Assembly (NCBI GenBank): GCA_963776245.1
Contig: CAVZLN010000008.1
Span: forward strand, 1-64,000
Reading direction: 5' to 3'
Length of the DNA: 64,000 bases
From: Candidatus Eiseniibacteriota bacterium
GTDB taxonomy: Bacteria; Eisenbacteria; RBG-16-71-46
Shown one piece after another: positions 19,478-29,636 of the stretch (the stretch's first letter is position 1; each line of letters begins with the position of its first letter). The translations under genes and the position numbers were made by a program. The notes beneath the pieces were generated by a model that saw nothing but the letters and a program-made list of their open reading frames with translations, had not been told where the DNA came from and did not search any database.

Positions 19478-21364
19478 ATGGCGAAGTGGTCTCACCAGCA
19501 CACGCTGAATTCCGGGTTGATCGTGATCGGTCTGCTGGCGATCCTGAGCAGCGGGGCGTCCCTGTTCGCGTCGAACATCCTGGTCCAGAACATGGCGGGA
19601 CTCGCCATCGGCGAGGTCCGCGATCTCGCCGACTGCCAGACGCTGCGGCTCATCGGCCTCCGGGAGGTGTCGGACGCGAGCGCTTCCCTGCTCACCGGCC
19701 AGCCGCAGTACGCCCGCGGGGCACGCTCGGCAGGCACGCTGGTGCGCGATCAGGTGGGGCGTCTGAGAAGCCAGATCATCGACCCCGGGGCACGTTCCGT
19801 CCTCGACCGCGTCGAGCGGGCCGAGCGCGCGTACCAGTTGGCGTTCGAGCAGGCGCTGCAGGCCCCTGCTGGCCGGTCGGCGGTCTCCGCGTCGGAGGCC
19901 ATGGGGTCGCGCGGGCAGGCCCTCGAAGCGGCGCTGGACGCTCTGGTCGCCCACATGGAGCCGGCGACGGGGGGAGGGCTCTCGACCACCCGGACCTCGG
20001 TGAAACGCACCCAAGCGATCTTCAATCTGATCACCTCCATCTCGATCTCGCTGGCGGTGATCCTGTGCATCATGCTCATCGTCATCATCAACCGGACCTA
20101 TCGCGAGGAATCGAGCGCGCGCATGCTCGCCGAGGAGGGGCAGACCCGGACCACCGCCGCCCTGCGGGAGGAGAAGGCGGCGAGTCACCTGAAGGACGAG
20201 TTCCTCGCCACCGTCTCGCACGAGCTGCGCAATCCGCTCGCGCCGATCCTCACCTGGACCCAGTTGCTCCGGAGCGGCACCCTCGACTCCGACAAGTCCC
20301 AGCGCGGACTGGAGGTCATCGAGCGCAACGTCGTCTCCCTGGCGCAGTTGATCGACGACCTGGTGGATGTCTCGAGGGTCGTCTCGGGCAAGTTCCGGCT
20401 CGACGTGAGACCGGTCGACCTGGCCCCCGTGATCCGGGCAGCGGCCGAGTCCCAGCGCCCCGCGAGTGAGGCCAAGCAGATCCGGCTGCAGCTCGTCCTC
20501 GACGAACGGGCGGGCTTGATCTCGGGCGATTCGGAACGACTCCAGCAGGTGGTGGGGAATCTGCTCTCCAACGCGATCAAGTTCACTCCCAAGGGCGGCA
20601 GCGTGCAGGTCACGCTGGGACGCGCGGACTCGCACGTCGAGATGGGGGTCTCCGACAGCGGGATCGGGATCGAGGCGGCCTTCCTGCCCCATGTCTTCGA
20701 GCCCTTCCAGCAGGCCATGGACGGTTCGATGCGGCGCCACGGCGGGCTCGGCCTCGGCCTCTCGATCGTCCGCCACATCGTCGAGTTGCACGGCGGCGAG
20801 ATCGTGGCCCGGAGCCAGGGCCCGGGAAAGGGCGCCAGCTTCACGGTCAAGCTCCCGCTGCTCGGCACCGGCGAGGCGTCGGGCACCCGGCTGCCCCGAC
20901 ACCCCGCGGTCACGGATGGGATGGGTGACATCTACCTTCGGCGACTCGACAAGATCCGGGTGCTGCTGGTGGACGACGAGCCGACCGCGAACGAGGCGCT
21001 GCAGGTCCTGCTGGCTTCCTGCGGCGCGGAGGTCCGGGTCGCGGGCTCGGCGGCGCAGGCGATCCAGACGCTCGATGTCTGGAAGCCGGACGTGCTGATC
21101 TCCGACATCGCCATGCCCGAACAGGACGGGTACACGTTGATCCGCAAGATCCGGGCACGCAGCCCGGAAGCGGGCGGCGATATCCCGGCCGCGGCGCTCA
21201 CCGCCTACGCCAAGATCGAGGATCGGGTGAGCATCCTGGCCGCGGGTTTCCAGATGTACCTCTCCAAGCCAGCGGACCCGAGCGAGTTGATCGCCGTGGT
21301 GGCCAGTCTCGCGAATCGGCGGCGGGCGGACAGACGCCTGGAGGACTCTCCGGAGCGGACGTAG
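19478..21364 (+). CDS. Membrane hybrid sensor histidine kinase/response regulator
   Basis: Two TM segments; FLATVSHELRNPL (H box), NLLSNAIKF, DSGIGI, GLGLGL; C-terminal REC (LLVDDE, SDIAMP, KP). Confidence 0.95.
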   Translation: MAKWSHQHTLNSGLIVIGLLAILSSGASLFASNILVQNMAGLAIGEVRDLADCQTLRLIGLREVSDASASLLTGQPQYARGARSAGTLVRDQVGRLRSQIIDPGARSVLDRVERAERAYQLAFEQALQAPAGRSAVSASEAMGSRGQALEAALDALVAHMEPATGGGLSTTRTSVKRTQAIFNLITSISISLAVILCIMLIVIINRTYREESSARMLAEEGQTRTTAALREEKAASHLKDEFLATVSHELRNPLAPILTWTQLLRSGTLDSDKSQRGLEVIERNVVSLAQLIDDLVDVSRVVSGKFRLDVRPVDLAPVIRAAAESQRPASEAKQIRLQLVLDERAGLISGDSERLQQVVGNLLSNAIKFTPKGGSVQVTLGRADSHVEMGVSDSGIGIEAAFLPHVFEPFQQAMDGSMRRHGGLGLGLSIVRHIVELHGGEIVARSQGPGKGASFTVKLPLLGTGEASGTRLPRHPAVTDGMGDIYLRRLDKIRVLLVDDEPTANEALQVLLASCGAEVRVAGSAAQAIQTLDVWKPDVLISDIAMPEQDGYTLIRKIRARSPEAGGDIPAAALTAYAKIEDRVSILAAGFQMYLSKPADPSELIAVVASLANRRRADRRLEDSPERT

Positions 21365-21407
21365 TGTCCGTACCGTCGAACCCGCCCTGGCCAGGACGCC
21401 GAGAGGG

Positions 21408-21959
21408 GTGAACGTGACGAGATTCTCGCGGGCATTGCCGATGCTCCTGATGGTGCTGGGCCCGGCGGGGGCGCCCGCCTCGCCGGCGGGCCCGCTGCCC
21501 GGCGTCGGCATCGGACTCGCGGTCCCGATCGTGAGGCAGGCGCCCGAGCGCTGCGGCCAGGCGGCGCTCGAGATGGTGCTGCGATACTACGGTGCCGATC
21601 CCGCATCCCTGCGCGAAGGGGACCGCGCCTACGATCCGGTGCTGCGCGGCTCGCTCATCACCGACCTCGCCGCCGCCGCGCGCCGCGCCGGATACGATGC
21701 CGCGATCGCGACCCTGACACCCGATTCGTTGATCGACCTGCTCGCCGCCGGGGTGCCACCGGTCGTCCTCTATCAGAATGGCCGGCGGCCGCTGACCGTC
21801 CCGCATTTCGGGGTGGTGACGGGCTGGGACCCCGTGCGCGAGGCCTTCACGCTGCACGATGGCGGCGCCCTTCCTCGCGTGGTGCGGCGCGACCAGCTGG
21901 CGAAGAGGTGGCGGACGGCCGGCTCACAGGCGTTGATCGTCCGGCGACGCGTGCCATGA
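21408..21959 (+). CDS. Secreted C39-like cysteine peptidase (PA2778-like catalytic domain)
   Basis: VPIVRQ..CGQAALEMVL.YYG; HFGVVTGWD; HD. Confidence 0.82.
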   Translation: MNVTRFSRALPMLLMVLGPAGAPASPAGPLPGVGIGLAVPIVRQAPERCGQAALEMVLRYYGADPASLREGDRAYDPVLRGSLITDLAAAARRAGYDAAIATLTPDSLIDLLAAGVPPVVLYQNGRRPLTVPHFGVVTGWDPVREAFTLHDGGALPRVVRRDQLAKRWRTAGSQALIVRRRVP

Positions 21960-22423
21960 GCGCGAAGGGCGCGGCCTGTCGGGCCGCCGGGATCCTGTGG
22001 CTCGCGTCGCTCGGGAGCTGCGCGCACTTCGTCGTGCTCAACGACCCGCTGACGGCGACCGAGCACAACGACCTCGGCGTGGCGTACGAATCGACCGGTC
22101 AGCTCGACCTGGCCGCGAGCGAGTACCGCCACAGCCTGAGGCTCGATCCACGACAGGCCCGGGCGCGGGTCAACCTCGGCAACGTCGAGGCCGCCCGGGG
22201 GCGCTGGAGCACCGCGGAGAAGTGCTACCGCCGCGCGCTCGCCGATTCCTCGACCGATACCGATGCCCTGAACAATCTCGCCCTCGCGCTGCTGCGTCAG
22301 GACCGGCGGCTGGACGAGGCGCGCTCGCTCGCCGAGCGTGCGGTGGCCGCCGGCGGTGAGCGCGACTCGATCTACCGAGCGACGCTCGCCGACGTGATGG
22401 CGGCCCCGCGCCGACCGCGGTGA
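21956..22423 (+). CDS. TPR lipoprotein
   Basis: ATGA overlap; lipobox LGSC; HNDLGVAY, RVNLGNV, LNNLA TPR helices. Confidence 0.85.
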   Translation: MSAKGAACRAAGILWLASLGSCAHFVVLNDPLTATEHNDLGVAYESTGQLDLAASEYRHSLRLDPRQARARVNLGNVEAARGRWSTAEKCYRRALADSSTDTDALNNLALALLRQDRRLDEARSLAERAVAAGGERDSIYRATLADVMAAPRRPR

Positions 22424-22493
22424 ATCCGCACCCTCTCGCCCGGGTTCGAGTACCGCGCCACCCCCGCCCGTCGGCGCCCGCCCCCTGCCAGCC

Positions 22494-22654
22494 TTGTAGT
22501 TCCAACGAGGCTTTGTAGAAACCTCCCCCGCCGGCACGACCCGGGAAGCCCCGCCCGGCGTGGGTCAGGCCCGCCGGTGGAGCGGTCAACTCGCCCGTTC
22601 ACATCGGCTTCGGGAGAGATGCCGGCCCGGGCCGCCGGCTGGCACCTTTCATGC
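22494..22654 (+). promoter_or_regulatory. Tandem activator sites plus sigma54 promoter
   Basis: TTGTAG 22494 and 22513; TGGCAC-CTTTC-ATGC 22640-22654. Confidence 0.75.
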
Positions 22655-22891
22655 GGTCCTGGCTCAGATGACGGTGGGGCGCGAGACGGGAGAGAGAGAG
22701 CGAAGCACGAAGCATCGCTTCGCGGCGGGGCGCGCGTATCAGAGCCCACGAGACGGCGACCAGCCGAGACTCGCTTCGTGGCCTCGCCGTCCGCGTGTCC
22801 GACCGACGACGGTCCCGATGTCGTCGGCGCGCCGGGGCGCGCAGGCCTCGGCCATCGGCCCATCTGCGCACTCGGAGGAGCACCCTTGGAC

Positions 22892-23467
22892 ATGAGTCAT
22901 CCCATCCATCGCACGATCCCGGCAGTCCGCGTGCGGCTGCTGGTCGCGACCTTGTCGGTCATCCTGGTTTCCGTCTCCGCCGGCGTCGGCCGGGCGGCGC
23001 AGTTCATCCCGTCCATCGGGTTCACGAAGGCCACGGATTCCAGCGCAGGCGACGGCAAGCTCTACGGGGGCGTGGCGCTTCGCGCTTCCCTGCTGCCGTT
23101 CCTCAGCGCCGAGGGTGGCATCGCCTACCGCGAGGAGTCACTTTCCAACGACGACCTCAAGATCCGGATGTGGCCCGTGACGGCGTCCCTGTGGCTGACC
23201 CCCGTCCCCATGCTGTACGCGGGCGGCGGCCTCGGCTGGTATCGCACCACCTATGACTACCGGAGCACGCTGCCGTTCACCGACTCGACGACCGACAAGA
23301 TCGGCGTCCACCTGGGCGGCGGCCTGGCGTTCCCGCTCGCGCCCAGGCTCGGGCTGGATCTGAACGGCCGGTACATCTTCATGCAGAAGGACGACAGCAT
23401 CCAGCTTCCCACCCAGTTCAATCCCGATTTCTGGAGCACGTCACTCGGGCTGGCGATCAGGTTCTGA
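22892..23467 (+). CDS. Small outer-membrane beta-barrel protein
   Basis: GGAGGAG RBS; signal peptide; YAGGGLGWY, GVHLGGG; C-terminal GLAIRF. Confidence 0.82.
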   Translation: MSHPIHRTIPAVRVRLLVATLSVILVSVSAGVGRAAQFIPSIGFTKATDSSAGDGKLYGGVALRASLLPFLSAEGGIAYREESLSNDDLKIRMWPVTASLWLTPVPMLYAGGGLGWYRTTYDYRSTLPFTDSTTDKIGVHLGGGLAFPLAPRLGLDLNGRYIFMQKDDSIQLPTQFNPDFWSTSLGLAIRF

Positions 23468-23512
23468 TCCCGGCACGGGGTGGCATCCGGCCACAACCCG
23501 AGAGGTGAGAGC

Positions 23513-23914
23513 ATGACCACGTTTCCGAAGCCGCTTCGCTTCTGGACCGCACTCTTCGTGATCCTCTGCATGAGCTCGCTCACGGTCGGCCCGGCGGCCG
23601 CCGGGCTCGCGCCCTCGACGCGATCGGGAGCGACCACGGTCGCCTCGGCGCGCGATGCCGACCTGCTGGTCGCCCAGCGCACGCTCGAGAACAAGGTCGT
23701 GGCGCAGAAGCTGCGCGACTACGGCGTCTCGCCCACCGAGGCCCAGCTCAGGCTCGCCAGCATGTCCGACCAGGACCTGCACCGTTTGGCGAGTGCGTCC
23801 AAGGGGCTGCCGAGCGGAGGTGACGGCACCGGGGCCATCATCGGGATCCTGGTCGTGGTGATCCTGGTGATCGTCGTCCTCCGGCTCATGAACAAGCAGG
23901 TCATCGTTCGCTAG
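23513..23914 (+). CDS. PA2779-family protein
   Basis: Signal peptide; LRDYGVSP.EA..RLASMSD.DL..LA....PSGG followed by hydrophobic C-terminal tail. Confidence 0.82.
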   Translation: MTTFPKPLRFWTALFVILCMSSLTVGPAAAGLAPSTRSGATTVASARDADLLVAQRTLENKVVAQKLRDYGVSPTEAQLRLASMSDQDLHRLASASKGLPSGGDGTGAIIGILVVVILVIVVLRLMNKQVIVR

Positions 23915-23985
23915 ACGCGGCCGGGTCGCGTTCGGCGACTTGCCCCGCCCCGACACATTCCCCAGGGCTCGAAGGGAGGCGCCCG

Positions 23986-24411
23986 ATGCCCGCATTGCTC
24001 CAGATCTGCATCGTGATCGTGACCGTCGGGCTGCTCGTGATCGCGCTGCTGACCGTGCGCATGTTGGCCCGTTTCTTCAGCCAGGCCACCGAGGACATCT
24101 CACAGCTCTCGCTTGCGGTCCGTGAGTCGGTCGCCCAGATCGACCTCGTCACCCACGAAACGCACGCACTCGTGGCCTCGCTTCGGGAGTGCGTCCCACC
24201 CGTCCAGCGCGTCGTGGATCGCTTCGAGTCCGTCGGTCAACGAACGGCGGACCTGTCCTCCACCCTGCTCGACGAGATCGAACAACCGGTCTTCGCCGCC
24301 GCCGCCGTCGCACGGGGCGTGAGATCGGGCGCCGATCACTTCCTCAGACGACTGATGCAGCGACTCGCTCCCCGCCGTTCCTCGATCAATGGAGGCCAGG
24401 AACATGAATGA
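23986..24411 (+). CDS. DUF948-like membrane-anchored coiled-coil protein
   Basis: GGGAGG RBS; N-terminal TM then helical region; precedes YtxH. Confidence 0.6.
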   Translation: MPALLQICIVIVTVGLLVIALLTVRMLARFFSQATEDISQLSLAVRESVAQIDLVTHETHALVASLRECVPPVQRVVDRFESVGQRTADLSSTLLDEIEQPVFAAAAVARGVRSGADHFLRRLMQRLAPRRSSINGGQEHE

Positions 24412-24763
24412 CACTTCGCACGCTCGCGGTGGTTCGAGCACCGGTTCGACCCTGATCGGCTTCGCACTCGGCGCCGTGGTCGGGGCCGGGATCGCGCTCC
24501 TGCTGGCCCCCGACAGCGGGAAGCGGACGCGCCAGCGCCTCGCTTCCACCGCCCAGCGGCTGGGCAGGGATGCCGAGCACACGCTCGATCAGGCTCACGA
24601 CACGATCACCGAGCTGGGGACCGACGCGCAGTCCGCCATGAAGGCCGGCCGCGAAGCATTCCTGCACGACCGCGCGACTCGCGAATCGCGCTCCGATCGC
24701 CGCGCGGCCCACGCCGGCGACCACGCGGCGGACCTCGCCGCGGTGAAGCGTACGGCAGAGTAG
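24404..24763 (+). CDS. YtxH domain-containing protein
   Basis: GFALGAVVGAGIALLLAPDSGKRTR. Confidence 0.88.
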   Translation: MNDTSHARGGSSTGSTLIGFALGAVVGAGIALLLAPDSGKRTRQRLASTAQRLGRDAEHTLDQAHDTITELGTDAQSAMKAGREAFLHDRATRESRSDRRAAHAGDHAADLAAVKRTAE

Positions 24764-24805
24764 GTCACCGGCGGCCCACGTCCGCATCGGAAGAGGGAGG
24801 ATGTC

Positions 24806-25489
24806 ATGCGACGGACAATGCATCTCACCATGCTCGCGGCGTTCCTCGCCGTACTCGCGTCCGTGAGCGCTTCGGGCTGTGCGTCGATGAACAAGACCGC
24901 CCGGGGCGCGGTCATCGGCGCGGCGGCCGGCGGCTTGGCAGGGGGCGTGATCGGCAACCAGACCGGCTCGACGGCGCGGGGCGCGATCATCGGCGCCGCG
25001 GTGGGCGGCGCGGCGGGCGCGATCATCGGTCGCCAGATGGACCAGCGGGCGAAGGAGATCCAGCAGAGCGTCCCGGGCGCCATCGTCGAACGGGTCGGGG
25101 AAGGCATCCAGGTCACGTTCCCCTCGGGGCTGCTGTTCGATTTCGACTCCGACGTCGTCCGGAGCACCGCCGCCACGAACCTGAACGAACTGGCGATGAA
25201 CCTGAGCAAGTACGGCGACTCGAACCTGATGATCGCCGGTCACACCGATGCCGTCGGGAGCCCGGAATACAACCAGGCGCTCTCGGAGCGACGCGCCCAG
25301 GCGGCCGCACGTTACCTCGCGGCCCAGGGAGTCTCCCGCCACATCGCGACGGCAGGGCTCGGGGAGCGGGAGCCGATCGCGTCGAACACCACCGAGGCCG
25401 GGCGCCAGCAGAACCGGCGCGTCGAGATCGCGATCTACGCGAGTGCGACGTTGCAGGAAGACGCGCGACGCCAGGCCGCTGGGCGCTGA
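24806..25489 (+). CDS. OmpA-family lipoprotein with glycine zipper (YiaD-like)
   Basis: Lipobox ASGC; GAVIGAAAGG zipper; LLFDFDS, GHTD, LSERRA, NRRVEI. Confidence 0.92.
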   Translation: MRRTMHLTMLAAFLAVLASVSASGCASMNKTARGAVIGAAAGGLAGGVIGNQTGSTARGAIIGAAVGGAAGAIIGRQMDQRAKEIQQSVPGAIVERVGEGIQVTFPSGLLFDFDSDVVRSTAATNLNELAMNLSKYGDSNLMIAGHTDAVGSPEYNQALSERRAQAAARYLAAQGVSRHIATAGLGEREPIASNTTEAGRQQNRRVEIAIYASATLQEDARRQAAGR

Positions 25490-25680
25490 CGCCGGCACGC
25501 ATGCGACGGGCGGCCGGTGCCGCGCTGCTCGGCGCGACTTCAATCACGGCGGCATCCGGTTGAGCGACCCGGTCGGCCCGGCCGTCCATGTCCTGTGCGA
25601 TCAGCCCGGATGGACGATCGAGCGCATGCGTGCCGCACTCACCATGATCCTCACCCACCCACCACCCAGCGGAGCGCGGC

Positions 25681-26544
25681 ATGGAACGACAGAACCGGCA
25701 GGGCCCTTTCATCAAGGGGGATCCGAGCAGGTGCGGAGCCGGCCCGATCGCGGCACGCTCCGGGTTCGGGCAGGCCCGGCGGGCCGGACGATGGGCACGC
25801 CCCCTCGTCCTCGCCGCGGTGTGCGCGCTGGTCTGCACCGGAGTGCGTCCCGCGGATGCCTACCGGCCGTTCGACGGAACTGACGCGCACGTGGCGGAGC
25901 CCCATCTGTTCGAGCTCGAGGCCGCCCCCGTCTCGTACGTGCGCCTTGGGAGCACGCGGGCGCTGATCGCTCCGCAGGTGACGTTGAACTACGGCACGGG
26001 TTCGGGATTCGAGTTCGTGCTCGAAGGCATGAACGTGATGCTCATGCACCCCGAACCGGAGGGCGCATCCCCGCGGCTGGAGGAGGCGACCTTCGCGGTC
26101 AAACAAGTGGTGCGCCAGGGCGTGCTGCAGGAGAAGAAGGGCCCCAGCATCGCGGCGGAGGAAGCGGTCCACTTCCCTTCCCGTGGACAATCGCACGCCG
26201 GGTTCGGCGCCGGCGTGATCGTCAGCCAGCCGCTGTCGGCCGCCCGAACCATGCTGCACTTCAACGCGGAGCTCGAGCGAACGCAGGAGCAGCAGACCGA
26301 GCGATTCGTCAGCGTGATCCTCGAGGGACCCGAAGCCTGGCCGATCCGTCCGGTCGGCGAGCTCTCCTGGGAGCGCGAGGGAGACGCGGCCGGGGCACGG
26401 GGATTCCTCGCCGGGGTGGTCTGGCAGACGCGCCAGGGCCTGGCGATGGACGTGGCGGTCAAGACCATCGCCACGGGTGAGGAGCACGGGTTCGAACTGC
26501 GCACCGGGTTCACCTGGCACATGCTCGTGCACGCGGGGGACTGA
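25681..26544 (+). CDS. Hypothetical secreted protein, probable beta-barrel (start uncertain)
   Basis: Signal-like segment then YRPFDGTDA; amphipathic strands ending RTGFTW. Confidence 0.65.
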   Translation: MERQNRQGPFIKGDPSRCGAGPIAARSGFGQARRAGRWARPLVLAAVCALVCTGVRPADAYRPFDGTDAHVAEPHLFELEAAPVSYVRLGSTRALIAPQVTLNYGTGSGFEFVLEGMNVMLMHPEPEGASPRLEEATFAVKQVVRQGVLQEKKGPSIAAEEAVHFPSRGQSHAGFGAGVIVSQPLSAARTMLHFNAELERTQEQQTERFVSVILEGPEAWPIRPVGELSWEREGDAAGARGFLAGVVWQTRQGLAMDVAVKTIATGEEHGFELRTGFTWHMLVHAGD

Positions 26545-26987
26545 GCCCCACCCGTGACGCAGCGGGTGGCGCGTCCGGGCGAACGGCGGATCCGCGGCTC
26601 CCATCCGGCAGGGCACGCACCGAGGCACCGGAGCCACCGTGTGCGCGCTCCGCCGCACCCCGGGGCGCACCGAGCGCACCCGGAGCGGGCCCGGTCGGGC
26701 TCCATCGCGCCCGCTGGCAGCGCCTTGCGAGCCATCCATCCGAATCCGCCCCAGCGGCCCCGGACTTGCGCTGATCCCCAGCCGTACAGACCGGTGAGGG
26801 CACCCCCCAGCCGGTGGTCCAGAAGAGCCCACCTCCCACCCGGTCGGTCCGCGCTCGGCGGACCCAGCCGGAGCTGCGGCACTCCCTTCCCAATCGATGG
26901 GATCCACCACGGGCCATCCGGTCCGGGGAACGACTGGAGGCGCAGGACGAGCCAGGCGTGATCGTCCGGCGCGCCCGGGGAGGCTCC

Positions 26988-27749
26988 TTGAACCCACTCC
27001 GCCCCTACTCCGTCATCGCGGCCGTGTCCTTCATGCTGATCGCGGCACCCGCGGCGCTGCCCTCGATCCATTCCACACCCGGTGTTCCCGAGTCGGGGTG
27101 GACCGCACCCGTGCGGGAATCGCTGGGAGTCGTGTCCCTGGAGCCCCTCGGCGAGATCAAAGGCGGGCGACTGGCCGCCTATCGCGTCGGGCGCTGGCCC
27201 ACCCGCGGACTGGCGGCCCGCGATCCGCGTTACGCCCCGCCCCCGGGCTTCTTCCCCGTGACGCTCGAGAACGCCTCGGCACTGGTCTCGAAGCGATTTC
27301 GACTCGGCGACTTCCTGACCCACGACCAGCCGAAGGTGTGGCCCAAGGTGCTGGTGCTGCGCGTGGCGCTGCTGGACAAGCTCGAACTCATCGGCGATGC
27401 GCTGGAGCATCAGGGGCTGCCCGGGCTGCTGCATGTCATGTCCGGCTTCCGCACCCCGCAGTACAACGCCCAGGGGGTCGGCCCCACGGGTGGACGGGCC
27501 AGTGAGAGCCGCCACATGTACGGAGACGCCGCCGACGTGATCGTGGATGCGGATGGGGATGGCGTGATGGACGACCTCGACGGCGATGGGAAGATCACGA
27601 TCCGCGATGCGCGGGTGCTCTACGCCGTGGCCGAAGGCGTCGAGGCCGAGCATCCCGGGCTCGTGGGCGGCCTCTCCGCCTACCCGGCGACCTCCGCGCA
27701 CGGGCCCTTCGTGCACATCGACGCCCGCGGGATGCGCGCCCGCTGGTGA
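26988..27749 (+). CDS. Peptidase M15A-like (YcbK/MepK-type) Zn metallopeptidase with Asp-rich insert
   Basis: GGGAGG then TTG; SGFRTPQYN, SRHMYGDAAD, FVHIDARG; DADGDGVMDDLDGDG insert. Confidence 0.85.
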   Translation: MNPLRPYSVIAAVSFMLIAAPAALPSIHSTPGVPESGWTAPVRESLGVVSLEPLGEIKGGRLAAYRVGRWPTRGLAARDPRYAPPPGFFPVTLENASALVSKRFRLGDFLTHDQPKVWPKVLVLRVALLDKLELIGDALEHQGLPGLLHVMSGFRTPQYNAQGVGPTGGRASESRHMYGDAADVIVDADGDGVMDDLDGDGKITIRDARVLYAVAEGVEAEHPGLVGGLSAYPATSAHGPFVHIDARGMRARW

Positions 27750-27761
27750 GGCGCGGGCCGG

Positions 27762-28166
27762 CTACCGCACCACGAGGAGACGCTCGGTCCGCAGGCTGAG
27801 CGAAGGCGCATGCACCCGCACGCGGTAGACCCCGGGAGGGGCCGGGACGCCTCCCCGCATGCCGTCCCAGGTCAGCGTGAGCACGCCCTGGTCGGCCGCG
27901 ACGGCCCGCGCCGGCACGCGCTCGACCTGCCTGCCGAAGAGGTCGAGCACGACCGCCGAAAGGTCGACGGGCACGTAGGACAGGCCACGCTCCGCGGTCG
28001 CCACGACGATCCGGATGGCGGGGGGCGCTGGGGCGCGACTGCGCGCCGCACTCCTCGCGGCCGCCGCGTGCGCCGGGCCCGGACTCTCGGCGGCCGGCGA
28101 TGGCGGGGCGACGAAGATGCACGCCACCCCGAGAAGCAGGAGACGCGCGAGATCACGAGTGCTCAT
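27762..28166 (-). CDS. Small secreted protein consisting mainly of a FlgD-type Ig domain
   Basis: Signal peptide; VLDLFGRQV, LTWDG, PPGVYRVRV, C-terminal LLVVR. Confidence 0.7.
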   Translation of the reverse strand: MSTRDLARLLLLGVACIFVAPPSPAAESPGPAHAAAARSAARSRAPAPPAIRIVVATAERGLSYVPVDLSAVVLDLFGRQVERVPARAVAADQGVLTLTWDGMRGGVPAPPGVYRVRVHAPSLSLRTERLLVVR

Positions 28167-28248
28167 GGTCGGCCTCACGGATCAGAAGGCGATGACGATT
28201 CCGGATTCACGTGGAGGAGGGCGCTGCGGGATGCGATGTCAGGGCATT

Positions 28249-28403
28249 GCCGGATTCGTGCCGCGCAGGCGAAGCCCCTCCCGCGAAGTCTCTCCACCCG
28301 AAATGCTCGATTCACACGGGAAATGCGCTGATCCGCGCCGTGGGGACGCGCGTGGGGTGCCCGACGGAGGCGCCGGCGTTCAATGCTCAGGAACAAATTA
28401 CAA
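28249..28403 (-). promoter_or_regulatory. Tandem activator sites plus weak sigma54-like promoter
   Basis: TTGTAA (28403) and TTGAAC (28383) on minus strand; CGGCAC-GAATC-CGGC 28263-28249. Confidence 0.55.
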
Positions 28404-28450
28404 GCGCGGTCGCCCCCCTCCCGGACTTCGTGCCCGGGTGGTCCGTGGGC

Positions 28451-29539
28451 TCAGGCTGTGGCGGTGGGCGCTGGTGGCGGTCCGTCCCCGGGGCGGACGG
28501 CCGTGCGCAGCGGGGCCAGCCCGGCGATCACGGTCTGAATCACCGCGGCGCCCGGCAGGGCGAGCAGCGACCCCGCGGGCCCGAGCAGTTGGGCGCCGGC
28601 GAGCACGCTCACGGTCACCACCAGCGGATGCATGCGCAGGTAGCGACCCATCACGCGCGGAGTGACGAACGTCCCGATCGCCCAGTTGATCGCGATGTAC
28701 GCGACCAGCGCGCTCACGGCGCAGAACAGGCTCACGCTCGAGCCCGTGAGCACGATCGCGAGCGCGGCGACCAGGAAGCCGAGGTAAGGGATCAGCTCGC
28801 CCAGGGCGACGAGGAAGGCGAGCAGGAACGGGGCGGGACAATGCAACAGCGCCAGGGCGATGCCCACCGCGGTTCCCATGAGCACGCACACGATCGTCTG
28901 GCCGCGCACGTAGCTCTGCAGCGCACGGTCCACGGCGACACCGAGGCGGAGGATCTCGGAGCGGGCTTCGACCGGCGCGAAGCGCAGGAAGCTGTCCTGG
29001 ACCGCCTCGGCCTCGGCCAGCAGGTAGAACGCCAGCAGCGGGACGAGCGCGACTCCCAGCACTTGCGCTAGGCCTCCGAAGAGCGGTCCGAGCCAGCGTG
29101 AGACCGTGCCCCCGATGTCCGACATCAGGCCGGCGGCCGTTCCACGCACATGCTCGACGACGGGGTCGAGCAGCGCGCTGAAGCCGTGATCGAAGGCGTA
29201 CTCGCGCATCCGCTCGGCGATGGCCAACGCCGCGTCAGGAACCGTGGCGGAGAAGCGCGCGGCCTCCTCCAGCAGGCGCGGCACCGCGAGGACGAGGAAC
29301 CAGCCCGTCAGCGCGACCAGTCCCAGGATGAGCGTCGCGGCGACCACCGGGCGGGGCAGGGAGCGCCCGCGCGGGCCGTGCAGGCGCTCGATCGCCCGCA
29401 CCACCGGGAGCAGCGTGTAGGCGAGCAGGACGGAGTAGCCGATGAGCAACGCGAGATCGCGCATGGCCCACACCAGCGCCACCACGACGAGGGCCGTCCA
29501 CAGCAGGGCCACGCGAGCCGAGGAGAGCGAGTCTCTCAT
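28451..29539 (-). CDS. AI-2E family transporter
   Basis: Multi-TM; LLAYTLLP, YVRGQ, ELIPYLG, PRVMG..MHP, LLGPAG.LLALP. Confidence 0.92.
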   Translation of the reverse strand: MRDSLSSARVALLWTALVVVALVWAMRDLALLIGYSVLLAYTLLPVVRAIERLHGPRGRSLPRPVVAATLILGLVALTGWFLVLAVPRLLEEAARFSATVPDAALAIAERMREYAFDHGFSALLDPVVEHVRGTAAGLMSDIGGTVSRWLGPLFGGLAQVLGVALVPLLAFYLLAEAEAVQDSFLRFAPVEARSEILRLGVAVDRALQSYVRGQTIVCVLMGTAVGIALALLHCPAPFLLAFLVALGELIPYLGFLVAALAIVLTGSSVSLFCAVSALVAYIAINWAIGTFVTPRVMGRYLRMHPLVVTVSVLAGAQLLGPAGSLLALPGAAVIQTVIAGLAPLRTAVRPGDGPPPAPTATA

Positions 29540-29636
29540 CCCATTTGTCCGCGGCGCATCACGCTCGTTCCATCACCGTCCGCGCTCTCACCGCCGGTCG
29601 CGGGGAGCCGGATCCCCGGCTCCCGCGACCCGCGGG

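Noticed and set aside
26715..26728. TGGCAG-CGCC-TTGC as a sigma54 promoter for the M15A gene
   Set aside because: GG-GC spacing is 9, not the required 10
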